Source: a virus (Duplodnaviria; Heunggongvirae; Uroviricota; Caudoviricetes). From it: a DNA stretch of 35,545 nucleotides. The stretch covers positions 1 to 35,545 of the IMG/VR virus record IMGVR_UViG_2698536672_000015; one strand, 5' to 3'. The translations under genes and the position numbers were made by a program. The notes below the pieces were generated by a model, which saw nothing but the letters and a program-made list of their open reading frames with translations, was not told where the DNA came from and did not search any database. Positions 27,319-35,545 of the stretch are shown piece by piece. The stretch's first letter is position 1. Each line of letters opens with the position of its first letter.

Positions 27319-27690
27319 ATGTCTAAAAATATCCGCAATCTGGCACTGGCGACGATGTCTGGTTTTCGCCACAAAACAGTTGATGTTCCTGAGTGGGAAG
27401 GTACAACGGTTGTATTACGGGAACCCTCTGCAGAAGCCTGGTTACGTTGGCAGGAGATCGTTAAAACCGGAGATGATGATACACCGTTATCAGTTGCGGA
27501 GCGTGCCCGCCGAAATCTGGAAGCGGATGTTGAACTGTTCATCGATGTTCTGTGTGATACCGGGATGCAACCCGTATTTTCAGCGGATGATCGGGAGCAG
27601 GTACTTGCAGTATATGGTCCGGTACATGCGCGACTGCTTCGTCAGTCACTGGAACTGATCACTGATGCTGAAGTTATTAAAAAAAAGTAG
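27319..27690 (+). CDS. Tail assembly chaperone (gpG-like), 123 aa
   Basis: Located between the major tail and tape measure genes; ends at a slippery A AAA AAG; start at the second ATG (27319), 9 nt after AAGGAGG. Confidence 0.65.
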   Translation: MSKNIRNLALATMSGFRHKTVDVPEWEGTTVVLREPSAEAWLRWQEIVKTGDDDTPLSVAERARRNLEADVELFIDVLCDTGMQPVFSADDREQVLAVYGPVHARLLRQSLELITDAEVIKKK

Positions 27691-27992
27691 CACTTCCGGG
27701 TATTCGTTTTCTGATGATGCTGGCGCTCAGGATGGGGCGCACATTGTCAGAGTTACGCCGGGAAATGTCTGCATCGGAAATCATGATGTGGGCAGAATTT
27801 GACAGGATCAGCCCGCTGGGTGACGAGCGGGCTGATATCCGGGCTGCCCAGATAGTTTCTGCAGTTTACGGGGCGCAGGGTGTCAAAGTTCCACTGAATG
27901 AAGCGATTCTTCAGTGGGAGGTCGTTCCTGCAAATAATATTAAAGATCCGTTTACAGCGTTTGAAAATGCATTATTTGCAGCGACACAATGA
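27319..27992 (+). CDS. Tail assembly chaperone -1 frameshift fusion product (gpGT-like)
   Basis: The -1 frame is open from the slippery site (27681-27687) through 27992 (the T-like ORF listed at 27714-27992); conserved G/GT arrangement of long-tailed phages. Confidence 0.55.
27681..27687 (+). other. Programmed -1 ribosomal frameshift slippery heptamer A AAA AAG
   Basis: Heptamer sits at the last codons of the chaperone gene, immediately before its TAG stop. Confidence 0.55.
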
Positions 27993-28050
27993 TCTTCTTA
28001 CTTTACTGGATTATGATTCCGATTTTTATTAAGTAAATAAGGAGATATTG

Positions 28051-28392
28051 ATGGAAGTTATTCTTATTGCGCTAGTCCTGGGGTTAATTCCGGCTATTAT
28101 CGCGCAAAGTAAAGGGCGTTCATTTTGGGGATGGTGGATATACGGAGCCTTACTCTTTATCGTTGCCCTGGTTCATTCACTTGTAATCCAAAAAGATGAA
28201 AAAACGCATGAGCAACAAATGGTGAGCAATGGCATGAAAAAATGCCCTTACTGTGCGGAGTTGATCAAAGAAGAAGCCATTAAGTGTAAGCATTGCGGTA
28301 GTGATTTAACACATAACCCTGATAGTACCGTTTCGCAAAAAACGGATGATGAATATCTTGAAGAAGCAAGGCGTAAGGCTGGGCTTCTTTAA
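28051..28392 (+). CDS. Membrane-anchored zinc-ribbon protein, 113 aa: two N-terminal TM helices plus CPYC...CKHC; moron
   Basis: AAGGAG RBS; TM segments VILIALVLGLIPAIIAQ and WGWWIYGALLFIVALVHSLVI; Cys-x2-Cys pairs; own terminator; inserted between tail chaperone and tape measure. Confidence 0.6.
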   Translation: MEVILIALVLGLIPAIIAQSKGRSFWGWWIYGALLFIVALVHSLVIQKDEKTHEQQMVSNGMKKCPYCAELIKEEAIKCKHCGSDLTHNPDSTVSQKTDDEYLEEARRKAGLL

Positions 28393-28396
28393 AAGC

Positions 28397-28423
28397 AAAA
28401 ACCGCTTCGGCGGTTTTTTTTTG
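28397..28423 (+). terminator. Rho-independent terminator after the moron gene
   Basis: AAAACCGC-ttcg-GCGGTTTT followed by a T9 run. Confidence 0.7.
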
Positions 28424-28437
28424 ACTGGAGAACGAGA

Positions 28438-31400
28438 ATGGCGTCACTACGCGAACTGATTATAAGAATCTCGGCAAATTCGCAGTCATTCCAGTCAGAA
28501 ATTGCGCGAGCTTCACGTATGGGACAGGAGTACTACCGTACCATGCAGAACGGAGGTCGACAGTCTGCAGCTGCATCCCGTGATATGCGGCGAGCACTGG
28601 CAGAAGTGACCGAGCAGATAAATACGGCGAAGTCTTCGGCAATGAATATGGCTGGCGCATTTGCCGGTGCTTTTGCCACTGGACATCTTATATCTCTTGC
28701 GGATGAATGGAGCTCAGTAAATGCCCGTCTGAAGCAGGCCACGCAGTCCAGCGATGATTTCCAGGCATCACAGCGTGAATTAATGGCGATCAGCCAGAGA
28801 ACGGGTACTGCTTTTGCTGATAACGCCAGTCTTTTTGCTCGTTCGGCTTCTTCCATGCGGGAATATGGTTACAGGTCTGAGGAAGTACTGAAAGTTACCG
28901 AGGCCATTTCTACAGGATTGAAATTGTCCGGAGCCAGTTCTGCGGAAGCCAGCTCGGTGATCACTCAGTTCAGCCAGGCACTGGCGCAAGGGGTTCTGCG
29001 CGGTGAAGAGTTTAATTCAGTAAATGAAAGCGGTGATCGTGTTATTCGTGCTCTGGCTGCAGGAATGGGGGTTGCCCGTAAAGATCTGAAGGCAATGGCG
29101 GATGATGGAAAGCTGACCGCCGATAAGGTTGTTCCTGCACTGATTAGCCAGCTTGGTACGCTGCGGGATGAATATGCAGCCATGCCTGATACCGTATCAT
29201 CCTCTGCAACCAAAGTTGAAAACGCCTTTATGGCCTGGGTTGGTGATGCGAATGATGCCAGCGGTGCAACGAAAACGCTTACCGGAATAATGAATGGTGT
29301 TGCGAATAATATTGATACGGTTGCCACGGCGGCGGGAGCTCTGGTTGCAATTGGTGTAGCCCGATATTTTGGCAATATGGCGTCTTCTGCGGGCTCTGCA
29401 ACTGCCGGGTTAATCACTGCTGCCAGAAACGAAGTGGCTCTTGCTGAGGCACAGCTCAGAGGGACACAGATAGCAACAGCCAGAGCGCGGGCGGCATTGT
29501 ATCGTGCGCAGCAGGCGGTTGTGGCTGCCCGTGGTACAGAAAAACAGGCTGCAGCAGAAGCGAAACTGGCAACCGCACAGGCTTCACTTACCCGTAATAT
29601 TGCTGCCAGAACAGCGGCACAGGCAACGCTGAATAACGTTACGTCAGTTAGTAGTCGGTTGTTAAGCGGTGCTCTGGGGCTGGTTGGTGGTGTGCCTGGA
29701 CTTGTCATGCTGGGGGCGGCGGCCTGGTACACAATGTATCAGAACCAGGAGCAGGCCAGAGAATCAGCGCGTCAGTATGCCGCAACAATCGACGAAATTC
29801 GCCAGAAAACGTCTGCAATGTCACTTCCTGAAGCGGCAGATAATGAAGAAAAGACGCGGCAGGCTCTGGAGGAGCAGAATAGGTTAATTGACGAGCAGAA
29901 AAGTAAGATTAAATCCTTACAGGAAAAAATTGCTGGCTATCAGTATGTCCTGGCAAACCCGGGCTGGACAACCGATAACGGTTTTATGATTAACCACATG
30001 ACGTCGGTGAAAACTGTCACAGAAGGGCTTGCAGAAGCAACAAGTCAGCTGGCTGTTGAGCAGTCCCGACTTTCCGGAATGCAGGAAAAAGCCCAGTCAA
30101 TCCAGGATGTGCTTGCCGGGCTGGAAGAACGACGAGTGGTGCTGATCCGCCAACAGGCAGCGGAACAAAACAAAGCATATCAGTCATTACTGATCATGAA
30201 TGGCCAACATACCGAGTTTAATCGTCTTCTTGGGCTTGGTAATGAATTACTTCAGCAGCGACAGGGGCTGGTGAATGTACCGTTACGGCTGCCACAGGCT
30301 GCTCTGGATGATAAACAGCAGAACGCGCTGAATAACACTGAGCGAGAGCTGACCTTATCCCGTATGAAGGGGGAAGCGCGTGAGCGTACTCGTCTGGGCT
30401 ATGTAGCGGATGATCTCGGTTTTGTGGGGGATGCCTATCAGACGGCAAGGCAAACTTATATCAACAACGCGCTGGAAGCATGGCGTAACAACCAGGCGAA
30501 TAAGCTAAAGGTACGTGGTGGAAAATCGGAAGCAGAAAAAACGGAAGATGCTTATAACAGACTGATTAAACAACAAAAAGAACAAATAGCACTGGCAGGA
30601 CAGAATACTGAACTGGCTAAGATGAAATACCAGGTCAGCCAGGGCGAATTATCAACCTTATCAGAAGCGCAGAAACAAACCCTTTTACAGAATGCAGCAC
30701 TCATCGACCAGAAAAAAATTCGTGAGCAAATTGCTGCTTATGAAAGCAGCCTGGCGGACAGTAACGCCAGTGTCAGGGCATCAAATGAGGCTCAGTTGTT
30801 AGGGTATGGAGACGGAACACGAATACGTGAGCGGCTTCAGGAAATGTGGAACATCCGACAGGAGTTTGAGCAGAAAAATAATGAGTTGCTGAGACAGTAC
30901 CAGACCGGAGAAATCGAAGAAGCCCTGTGGAAACAGGAAAAAACGCTGAATGAAAAATATCTGGAGGAGCGTCTCAACGATCAGCAGGATTATTATGCAA
31001 AGGCCGATGCTTTACGCAGTAACTGGAATGCCGGGCTCAAAGAGGGGCTGACGAACTGGGCAGACAGTGCCACTGATTATTCTTCACAGGCGGCAGACGC
31101 GGTCGTTTCCACTATGGATGGTCTGGTTTCAAATATTTCCGAGGCACTGGCCGGAAACGTTGTGGACTGGAGAAACTGGGGGAGTTCGATCCTTCAGGAA
31201 GTTTCAAAAATCCTGATGAACGCGGCCATTGTTAACGGGCTGAAATCACTCTCCGGGACAATGTCGGGAGCGGGGGGATGGATTGGTAGTGTTGGCGACT
31301 GGCTTTCCGGTGCAGTAGCGAACGCAAAAGGCGGTGTTTACACATCGGCAAATCTGAGTGCTTACAGTAACACCATTGTGGATACGCCGACGTACTTTGC

Positions 31401-31680
31401 TTTTGCGAAAGGTGCCGGGCTGATGGGGGAAGCCGGACCTGAAGCTATCATGCCGCTTACGCGGGCGGCGGACGGTTCTCTTGGGGTCAGGGCTATTGGC
31501 AATGTGAATGGTGGTGGCGGATTTGTCTATTCTCCCGTGTATCACATCAGTATTCAGAATAAAGGGAGCAATGGCGAGATAGATACGCAGTCAGCCAGGG
31601 GGCTGGTGGATCTGATCGACAGCAGGGTTGTGTCAATTATGCAGTCATCACGTCGGGACGGAGGATTATGCAGTGCCTGA
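28438..31680 (+). CDS. Tail tape measure protein, 1080 aa
   Basis: Very long Ala/Gln-rich coiled-coil protein after the chaperone genes. Confidence 0.9.
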   Translation: MASLRELIIRISANSQSFQSEIARASRMGQEYYRTMQNGGRQSAAASRDMRRALAEVTEQINTAKSSAMNMAGAFAGAFATGHLISLADEWSSVNARLKQATQSSDDFQASQRELMAISQRTGTAFADNASLFARSASSMREYGYRSEEVLKVTEAISTGLKLSGASSAEASSVITQFSQALAQGVLRGEEFNSVNESGDRVIRALAAGMGVARKDLKAMADDGKLTADKVVPALISQLGTLRDEYAAMPDTVSSSATKVENAFMAWVGDANDASGATKTLTGIMNGVANNIDTVATAAGALVAIGVARYFGNMASSAGSATAGLITAARNEVALAEAQLRGTQIATARARAALYRAQQAVVAARGTEKQAAAEAKLATAQASLTRNIAARTAAQATLNNVTSVSSRLLSGALGLVGGVPGLVMLGAAAWYTMYQNQEQARESARQYAATIDEIRQKTSAMSLPEAADNEEKTRQALEEQNRLIDEQKSKIKSLQEKIAGYQYVLANPGWTTDNGFMINHMTSVKTVTEGLAEATSQLAVEQSRLSGMQEKAQSIQDVLAGLEERRVVLIRQQAAEQNKAYQSLLIMNGQHTEFNRLLGLGNELLQQRQGLVNVPLRLPQAALDDKQQNALNNTERELTLSRMKGEARERTRLGYVADDLGFVGDAYQTARQTYINNALEAWRNNQANKLKVRGGKSEAEKTEDAYNRLIKQQKEQIALAGQNTELAKMKYQVSQGELSTLSEAQKQTLLQNAALIDQKKIREQIAAYESSLADSNASVRASNEAQLLGYGDGTRIRERLQEMWNIRQEFEQKNNELLRQYQTGEIEEALWKQEKTLNEKYLEERLNDQQDYYAKADALRSNWNAGLKEGLTNWADSATDYSSQAADAVVSTMDGLVSNISEALAGNVVDWRNWGSSILQEVSKILMNAAIVNGLKSLSGTMSGAGGWIGSVGDWLSGAVANAKGGVYTSANLSAYSNTIVDTPTYFAFAKGAGLMGEAGPEAIMPLTRAADGSLGVRAIGNVNGGGGFVYSPVYHISIQNKGSNGEIDTQSARGLVDLIDSRVVSIMQSSRRDGGLCSA

Positions 31681-32014
31681 ACCTGAAGTTTTTAACTGGA
31701 TCCCCCGCGAGGGGATGGAGACGACACGAAAGCCATCTGTTATTACGGTAAAGTTCGGTGACGGATATGAACAGCGACGGGCTGGTGGTCTGAATGCGGA
31801 TCTGAAAACGTTTAAACCGGTATTTCGTGTCACAGATGAATATTCCCGCGCCGCGCTGGACAGTTTTTTATCCCGTCATGCCGGGATGCGTGCTTTTTTG
31901 TGGCGTCCGCCAAAACACAACAGGACTGTCAGGGTTGTCTGCAGGGAGTGGAGTACTTCGGATAATGCCATGTATACCGATTTTAACTGTACCTTTGAAG
32001 AGGTCACTCACTGA
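31673..32014 (+). CDS. M: Minor tail protein M, 113 aa
   Basis: Translation (FNWIPREGME...VKFGDGYEQR...AFLWRPP) matches my recollection of lambda gpM; GTG start at 31673 with a GGAGGA RBS. Confidence 0.8.
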   Translation: MPEPEVFNWIPREGMETTRKPSVITVKFGDGYEQRRAGGLNADLKTFKPVFRVTDEYSRAALDSFLSRHAGMRAFLWRPPKHNRTVRVVCREWSTSDNAMYTDFNCTFEEVTH

Positions 32015-32712
32015 TGCAGGATATACAACAGGAAACACTGAATGAGTGTACAAAAGCGGAGCAATCCGCACTGGTCGTGCTCTGGGAAGTCGATCTGACA
32101 GAAGTCGGTGGCGAGCGTTATTTTTTCTGTAATGAGCAGAACGAAAAAGGTGAGTCAGTCACCTGGCAGGGGCGGCAGTATCAGGCGTATCCCATTCAGG
32201 GGAGCGGATTTGAGATGAACGGCAAAGGAGCCAGTGCCAGACCAACACTGAAGGTATCCAATCTGCACGGTATGGTCACCGGTATGGCGGAGGATCTGCA
32301 GAGTCTGGTCGGCGGAACGGTGGTCCGGCGTAAGGTTTACGCCCGTTTTCTGGATGCGGTGAACTTCGTCAACGGAAACAGCGAAGCCGATCCGGAGCAG
32401 GAGGTGATCAGCCGCTGGCGCATCGAGCAGTGCAGCGAACTGAGTGCGGTCAGTGCCTCCTTTGTGTTGTCCACACCGACGGAAACGGATGGTGCCGTTT
32501 TTCCGGGGCGCATCATGCTGGCTAATACCTGCACCTGGACCTATCGCGGTGATGAGTGCGGTTATAACGGTCCGGCGGTCGCGGATGAATATGACCAGCC
32601 GACGTCCGATATCACGAAGGATAAATGCAGCAAATGCCTGAGTGGCTGTAAGTTTCGCAATAACGTCGGCAACTTTGGCGGCTTCCTTTCCATTAACAAA
32701 CTTTCGCAGTAA
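32014..32712 (+). CDS. L: Minor tail protein L, 232 aa
   Basis: Close match to remembered lambda gpL; ATGA overlap with M. Confidence 0.88.
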   Translation: MQDIQQETLNECTKAEQSALVVLWEVDLTEVGGERYFFCNEQNEKGESVTWQGRQYQAYPIQGSGFEMNGKGASARPTLKVSNLHGMVTGMAEDLQSLVGGTVVRRKVYARFLDAVNFVNGNSEADPEQEVISRWRIEQCSELSAVSASFVLSTPTETDGAVFPGRIMLANTCTWTYRGDECGYNGPAVADEYDQPTSDITKDKCSKCLSGCKFRNNVGNFGGFLSINKLSQ

Positions 32713-32717
32713 ATCCC

Positions 32718-33461
32718 ATGACAGAGACAGAATCAGCGATTCTGGCGCACGCCCGAGGATGTGCGCCAGCGGAGTCGTGCGGCTTCGTGGTGAGAACGCC
32801 GGAGGGGGAAAGATATTTTCCCTGCGTGAATATCTCCGGTGAGCCGGAGGATTATTTCCGGATGTCGCCGGAGGACTGGCTGCGGGCAGAAATGCAGGGT
32901 GAGATAGTCGCGCTGGTGCACAGCCATCCCGGTGGTCTGCCCTGGCTGAGTGAGGCCGACCGGCGACTGCAGGTGCAGAGTGATTTGCCGTGGTGGCTGG
33001 TCTGCCGGGGGGCGATTCATAAGTTCCGCTGCGTGCCGCATCTCACCGGGCGGCTCTTTGAGCACGGGGTGACGGACTGTTACACGCTGTTCCGGGATGC
33101 TTACCATCTGGCGGGGATTGAGATGCCGGATTTTCATCGTGAGGATGACTGGTGGCGTAACGGTCAGAATCTCTATCTGGATAATCTGGAGGCCACAGGG
33201 CTGTATCAGGTGCCGTTGTCAGCGGCGCAGCCGGGCGATGTGCTGCTGTGCTGTTTTGGTTCATCGGTGCCGAATCATGCCGCCATTTACTGTGGTGACG
33301 GCGAGCTGCTGCACCATATTCCTGAACAACTGAGCAAACGAGAGAGGTATACCGACAAATGGCTGCGACACACACACTCCCTCTGGCGTCACCGGGCATG
33401 GCACGCATCTGCCTTTACGGGGATTTACAACGATTTGGCCGCCGCATCGACCTTCGTGTGA
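32718..33461 (+). CDS. K: Tail assembly protein K (JAB/MPN plus NlpC/P60-like), 247 aa
   Basis: Motifs HSHPGG and ...C...H as in lambda gpK; 3' end overlaps gene I. Confidence 0.85.
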   Translation: MTETESAILAHARGCAPAESCGFVVRTPEGERYFPCVNISGEPEDYFRMSPEDWLRAEMQGEIVALVHSHPGGLPWLSEADRRLQVQSDLPWWLVCRGAIHKFRCVPHLTGRLFEHGVTDCYTLFRDAYHLAGIEMPDFHREDDWWRNGQNLYLDNLEATGLYQVPLSAAQPGDVLLCCFGSSVPNHAAIYCGDGELLHHIPEQLSKRERYTDKWLRHTHSLWRHRAWHASAFTGIYNDLAAASTFV

Positions 33462-34006
33462 AAACGGGGGGCGAAGCCATCCGGGCGCTGGCCACGCAGC
33501 TTCCGTCGTTTCGCCAGAAACTGAATGAGGGCTGGTATCAGGTGCGCATTGCCGGGCGTGATGCAGGCGAAAATGAATTATCTGCCCGTCTTAATGAGCT
33601 GCTGGCAAATGGTGCCGTGATCCACATTGTGCCGCGTCTGGCGGGAGCTAAAAGTGGCGGTGTTTTTCAGGCAGTGCTGGGTGCGGCGCTGATTGCGGTG
33701 GCATGGTGGAACCCTGTGGGCTGGCTGGGTGCCGCGGCTGTATCGGGCATGTATGCGGCAGGGGCCAGTATGATCCTGGGCGGTGTGGCTCAGATGCTGG
33801 CACCGAAAGCCAGAACTCCCCGCACACAGACAACGGATAACGGTAAGCAGAACACCTATTTCTCCTCACTGGATAACATGGTTGCCCAGGGGAATGTTCT
33901 GCCCGTTCTGTACGGTGAAATGCGCGTGGGGTCACGCGTGGTATCTCAGGAGATCTGCACGGCAGACGAAGGGGACGGTGGTCAGGTTGTGGTGATTGGT
34001 CGCTGA
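33359..34006 (+). CDS. I: Tail assembly protein I, 215 aa
   Basis: N-terminus MAATHTLPLASPGMARICLYGDLQRFGRRIDLRVKTG and C-terminus match my recollection of lambda gpI. Confidence 0.88.
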   Translation: MAATHTLPLASPGMARICLYGDLQRFGRRIDLRVKTGGEAIRALATQLPSFRQKLNEGWYQVRIAGRDAGENELSARLNELLANGAVIHIVPRLAGAKSGGVFQAVLGAALIAVAWWNPVGWLGAAAVSGMYAAGASMILGGVAQMLAPKARTPRTQTTDNGKQNTYFSSLDNMVAQGNVLPVLYGEMRVGSRVVSQEICTADEGDGGQVVVIGR

Positions 34007-34024
34007 TGCAAAATGTTTTATGTG

Positions 34025-34050
34025 AAACCGCCTCCGGGCGGTTTTGTCGT
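34025..34050 (+). terminator. Terminator-like hairpin between I and J
   Basis: AAACCGCC-tccg-GGCGGTTT followed by TGTCGTTT; shares the GGTTTTGTCGTTT tail with the hairpin at 16646-16676. Confidence 0.4.
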
Positions 34051-34066
34051 TTATGGAGCATGACGA

Positions 34067-35545
34067 ATGGGTAAAGGAAGCAGTAAAGGGCATACCCCGC
34101 GCGAAGCGAAGGACAACCTGAAATCCACGCAGCTGCTGAGTGTGATCGATGCCATCAGCGAAGGGCCGATTGAAGGTCCGGTGGATGGATTAAAAAGCGT
34201 GCTGCTGAACAGTACGCCGGTGCTGGACAGTGAGGGGAATACCAATATCTCCGGTGTCACAGTGGTGTTCCGGGCAGGTGAGCAGGAGCAGACACCGCCG
34301 GAGGGTTTTGAATCCTCCGGATCCGAGACGGTGCTGGGTACGGAAGTGAAATATGACACGCCGATCACCCGGACCATCACGTCGGCAAACATCGACCGTC
34401 TGCGCTTTACCTTCGGTGTGCAGGCACTGGTGGAAACCACCTCAAAGGGTGACCGGAATCCGTCGGAAGTCCGCCTGCTGGTTCAGATACAACGTAACGG
34501 TGGCTGGGTGACGGAAAAAGACATCACCATTAAGGGAAAAACCACCTCACAGTATCTGGCCTCGGTGGTGGTGGGTAACCTGCCGCCGCGCCCGTTCAGT
34601 ATCCGGATGCGCAGGATGACGCCGGACAGCACTACAGACCAGCTGCAGAACAAAACGCTCTGGTCGTCATACACCGAAATCATCGATGTGAAACAGTGCT
34701 ACCCGAACACGGCACTGGTCGGCGTACAGGTGGACTCGGAGCAGTTCGGCAGCCAGCAGGTGAGTCGTAATTATCATCTTCGCGGGCGCATTCTGCAGGT
34801 GCCGTCGAACTATAACCCGCAGACGCGACAATACAGCGGTATCTGGGACGGAACGTTAAAACCAGCATACAGCAACAACATGGCCTGGTGTCTGTGGGAT
34901 ATGCTGACCCATCCGCGCTACGGCATGGGGAAACGTCTTGGTGCGGCGGATGTGGATAAATGGGCGCTGTATGTCATCGGCCAGTACTGCGACCAGTCGG
35001 TGCCGGACGGCTTTGGCGGCACGGAGCCGCGCATTACCTGTAATGCGTACCTGACCACACAGCGCAAGGCGTGGGATGTGCTCAGTGATTTCTGCTCGGC
35101 GATGCGCTGTATGCCGGTATGGAATGGGCAGACGCTGACGTTCGTGCAGGACCGACCGTCGGATAAGGTGTGGACCTATAACCGCAGTAATGTGGTGATG
35201 CCGGATGATGGCGCGCCGTTCCGCTACAGCTTCAGCGCCCTGAAGGACCGCCATAATGCCGTTGAAGTGAACTGGATTGACCCGGATAACGGCTGGGAAA
35301 CGGCAACAGAGCTTGTGGAGGACACGCAGGCCATTGCCCGTTACGGTCGTAACGTCACGAAGATGGATGCCTTTGGCTGTACCAGCCGGGGGCAGGCGCA
35401 CCGCGCCGGGCTGTGGCTGATTAAAACGGAACTGCTGGAAACGCAGACCGTGGACTTCAGCGTGGGCGCAGAAGGGCTTCGCCATGTACCGGGCGATGTC
35501 ATTGAAATCTGTGATGATGACTATGCCGGTATCAGCATCGGTGGT
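34067..35545 (+). CDS. J: Host specificity / central tail fibre protein J, N-terminal 493 codons, truncated at the window end
   Basis: Near-identity to my recollection of the lambda J N-terminus (MGKGSSKGHTPREAKDNLKSTQLLSVIDAISEGPIEGPVDGLKSVLLNSTPVLD...); not in the ORF track because no stop is reached. Confidence 0.93.
   Translation, partial: MGKGSSKGHTPREAKDNLKSTQLLSVIDAISEGPIEGPVDGLKSVLLNSTPVLDSEGNTNISGVTVVFRAGEQEQTPPEGFESSGSETVLGTEVKYDTPITRTITSANIDRLRFTFGVQALVETTSKGDRNPSEVRLLVQIQRNGGWVTEKDITIKGKTTSQYLASVVVGNLPPRPFSIRMRRMTPDSTTDQLQNKTLWSSYTEIIDVKQCYPNTALVGVQVDSEQFGSQQVSRNYHLRGRILQVPSNYNPQTRQYSGIWDGTLKPAYSNNMAWCLWDMLTHPRYGMGKRLGAADVDKWALYVIGQYCDQSVPDGFGGTEPRITCNAYLTTQRKAWDVLSDFCSAMRCMPVWNGQTLTFVQDRPSDKVWTYNRSNVVMPDDGAPFRYSFSALKDRHNAVEVNWIDPDNGWETATELVEDTQAIARYGRNVTKMDAFGCTSRGQAHRAGLWLIKTELLETQTVDFSVGAEGLRHVPGDVIEICDDDYAGISIGG

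Noticed and set aside
28965-29732. 255-aa minus-strand ORF (Ala-rich) inside the tape measure gene
   Set aside because: Antisense shadow ORF within a high-confidence long coding gene; low-complexity Ala/Ser/Pro composition; no RBS context.
34856-35485. 209-aa minus-strand ORF antisense to tail fibre gene J
   Set aside because: The plus strand encodes a near-lambda J protein; the antisense ORF is a frame shadow.

Overview
This window reads as an Escherichia coli chromosomal segment: the 3' side of the host gene csiD (1-978, minus strand), then about 32 kb of a lambdoid prophage with HK97-like head genes and lambda-like lysis and tail genes, running from the integrase (3123-4313) to a 3'-truncated tail-fibre gene J at the window end. 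All calls come from reading the sequence and the supplied ORF translations against remembered protein families; no database search was run. Gene order is int-xis, a yfdP/Q/R/S-like early-left module, a cI/cro immunity region, replication and nin-like genes, antiterminator Q, a lysis cassette, HNH/terminase/portal/protease/capsid, then tail genes with a G-T frameshift. The most interesting candidate is an AT-rich two-gene cassette on the opposite strand between Q and the holin (14921-16532): a 342-aa soluble protein followed by a 191-aa four-helix membrane protein, with no family I can recognise. Other cargo-like genes are a 302-aa membrane protein between int and csiD, a zinc-ribbon membrane moron with its own terminator inside the tail operon, and a LexA DNA-binding-domain-only protein. 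The attachment-site core could not be placed; the other prophage end is outside the window.
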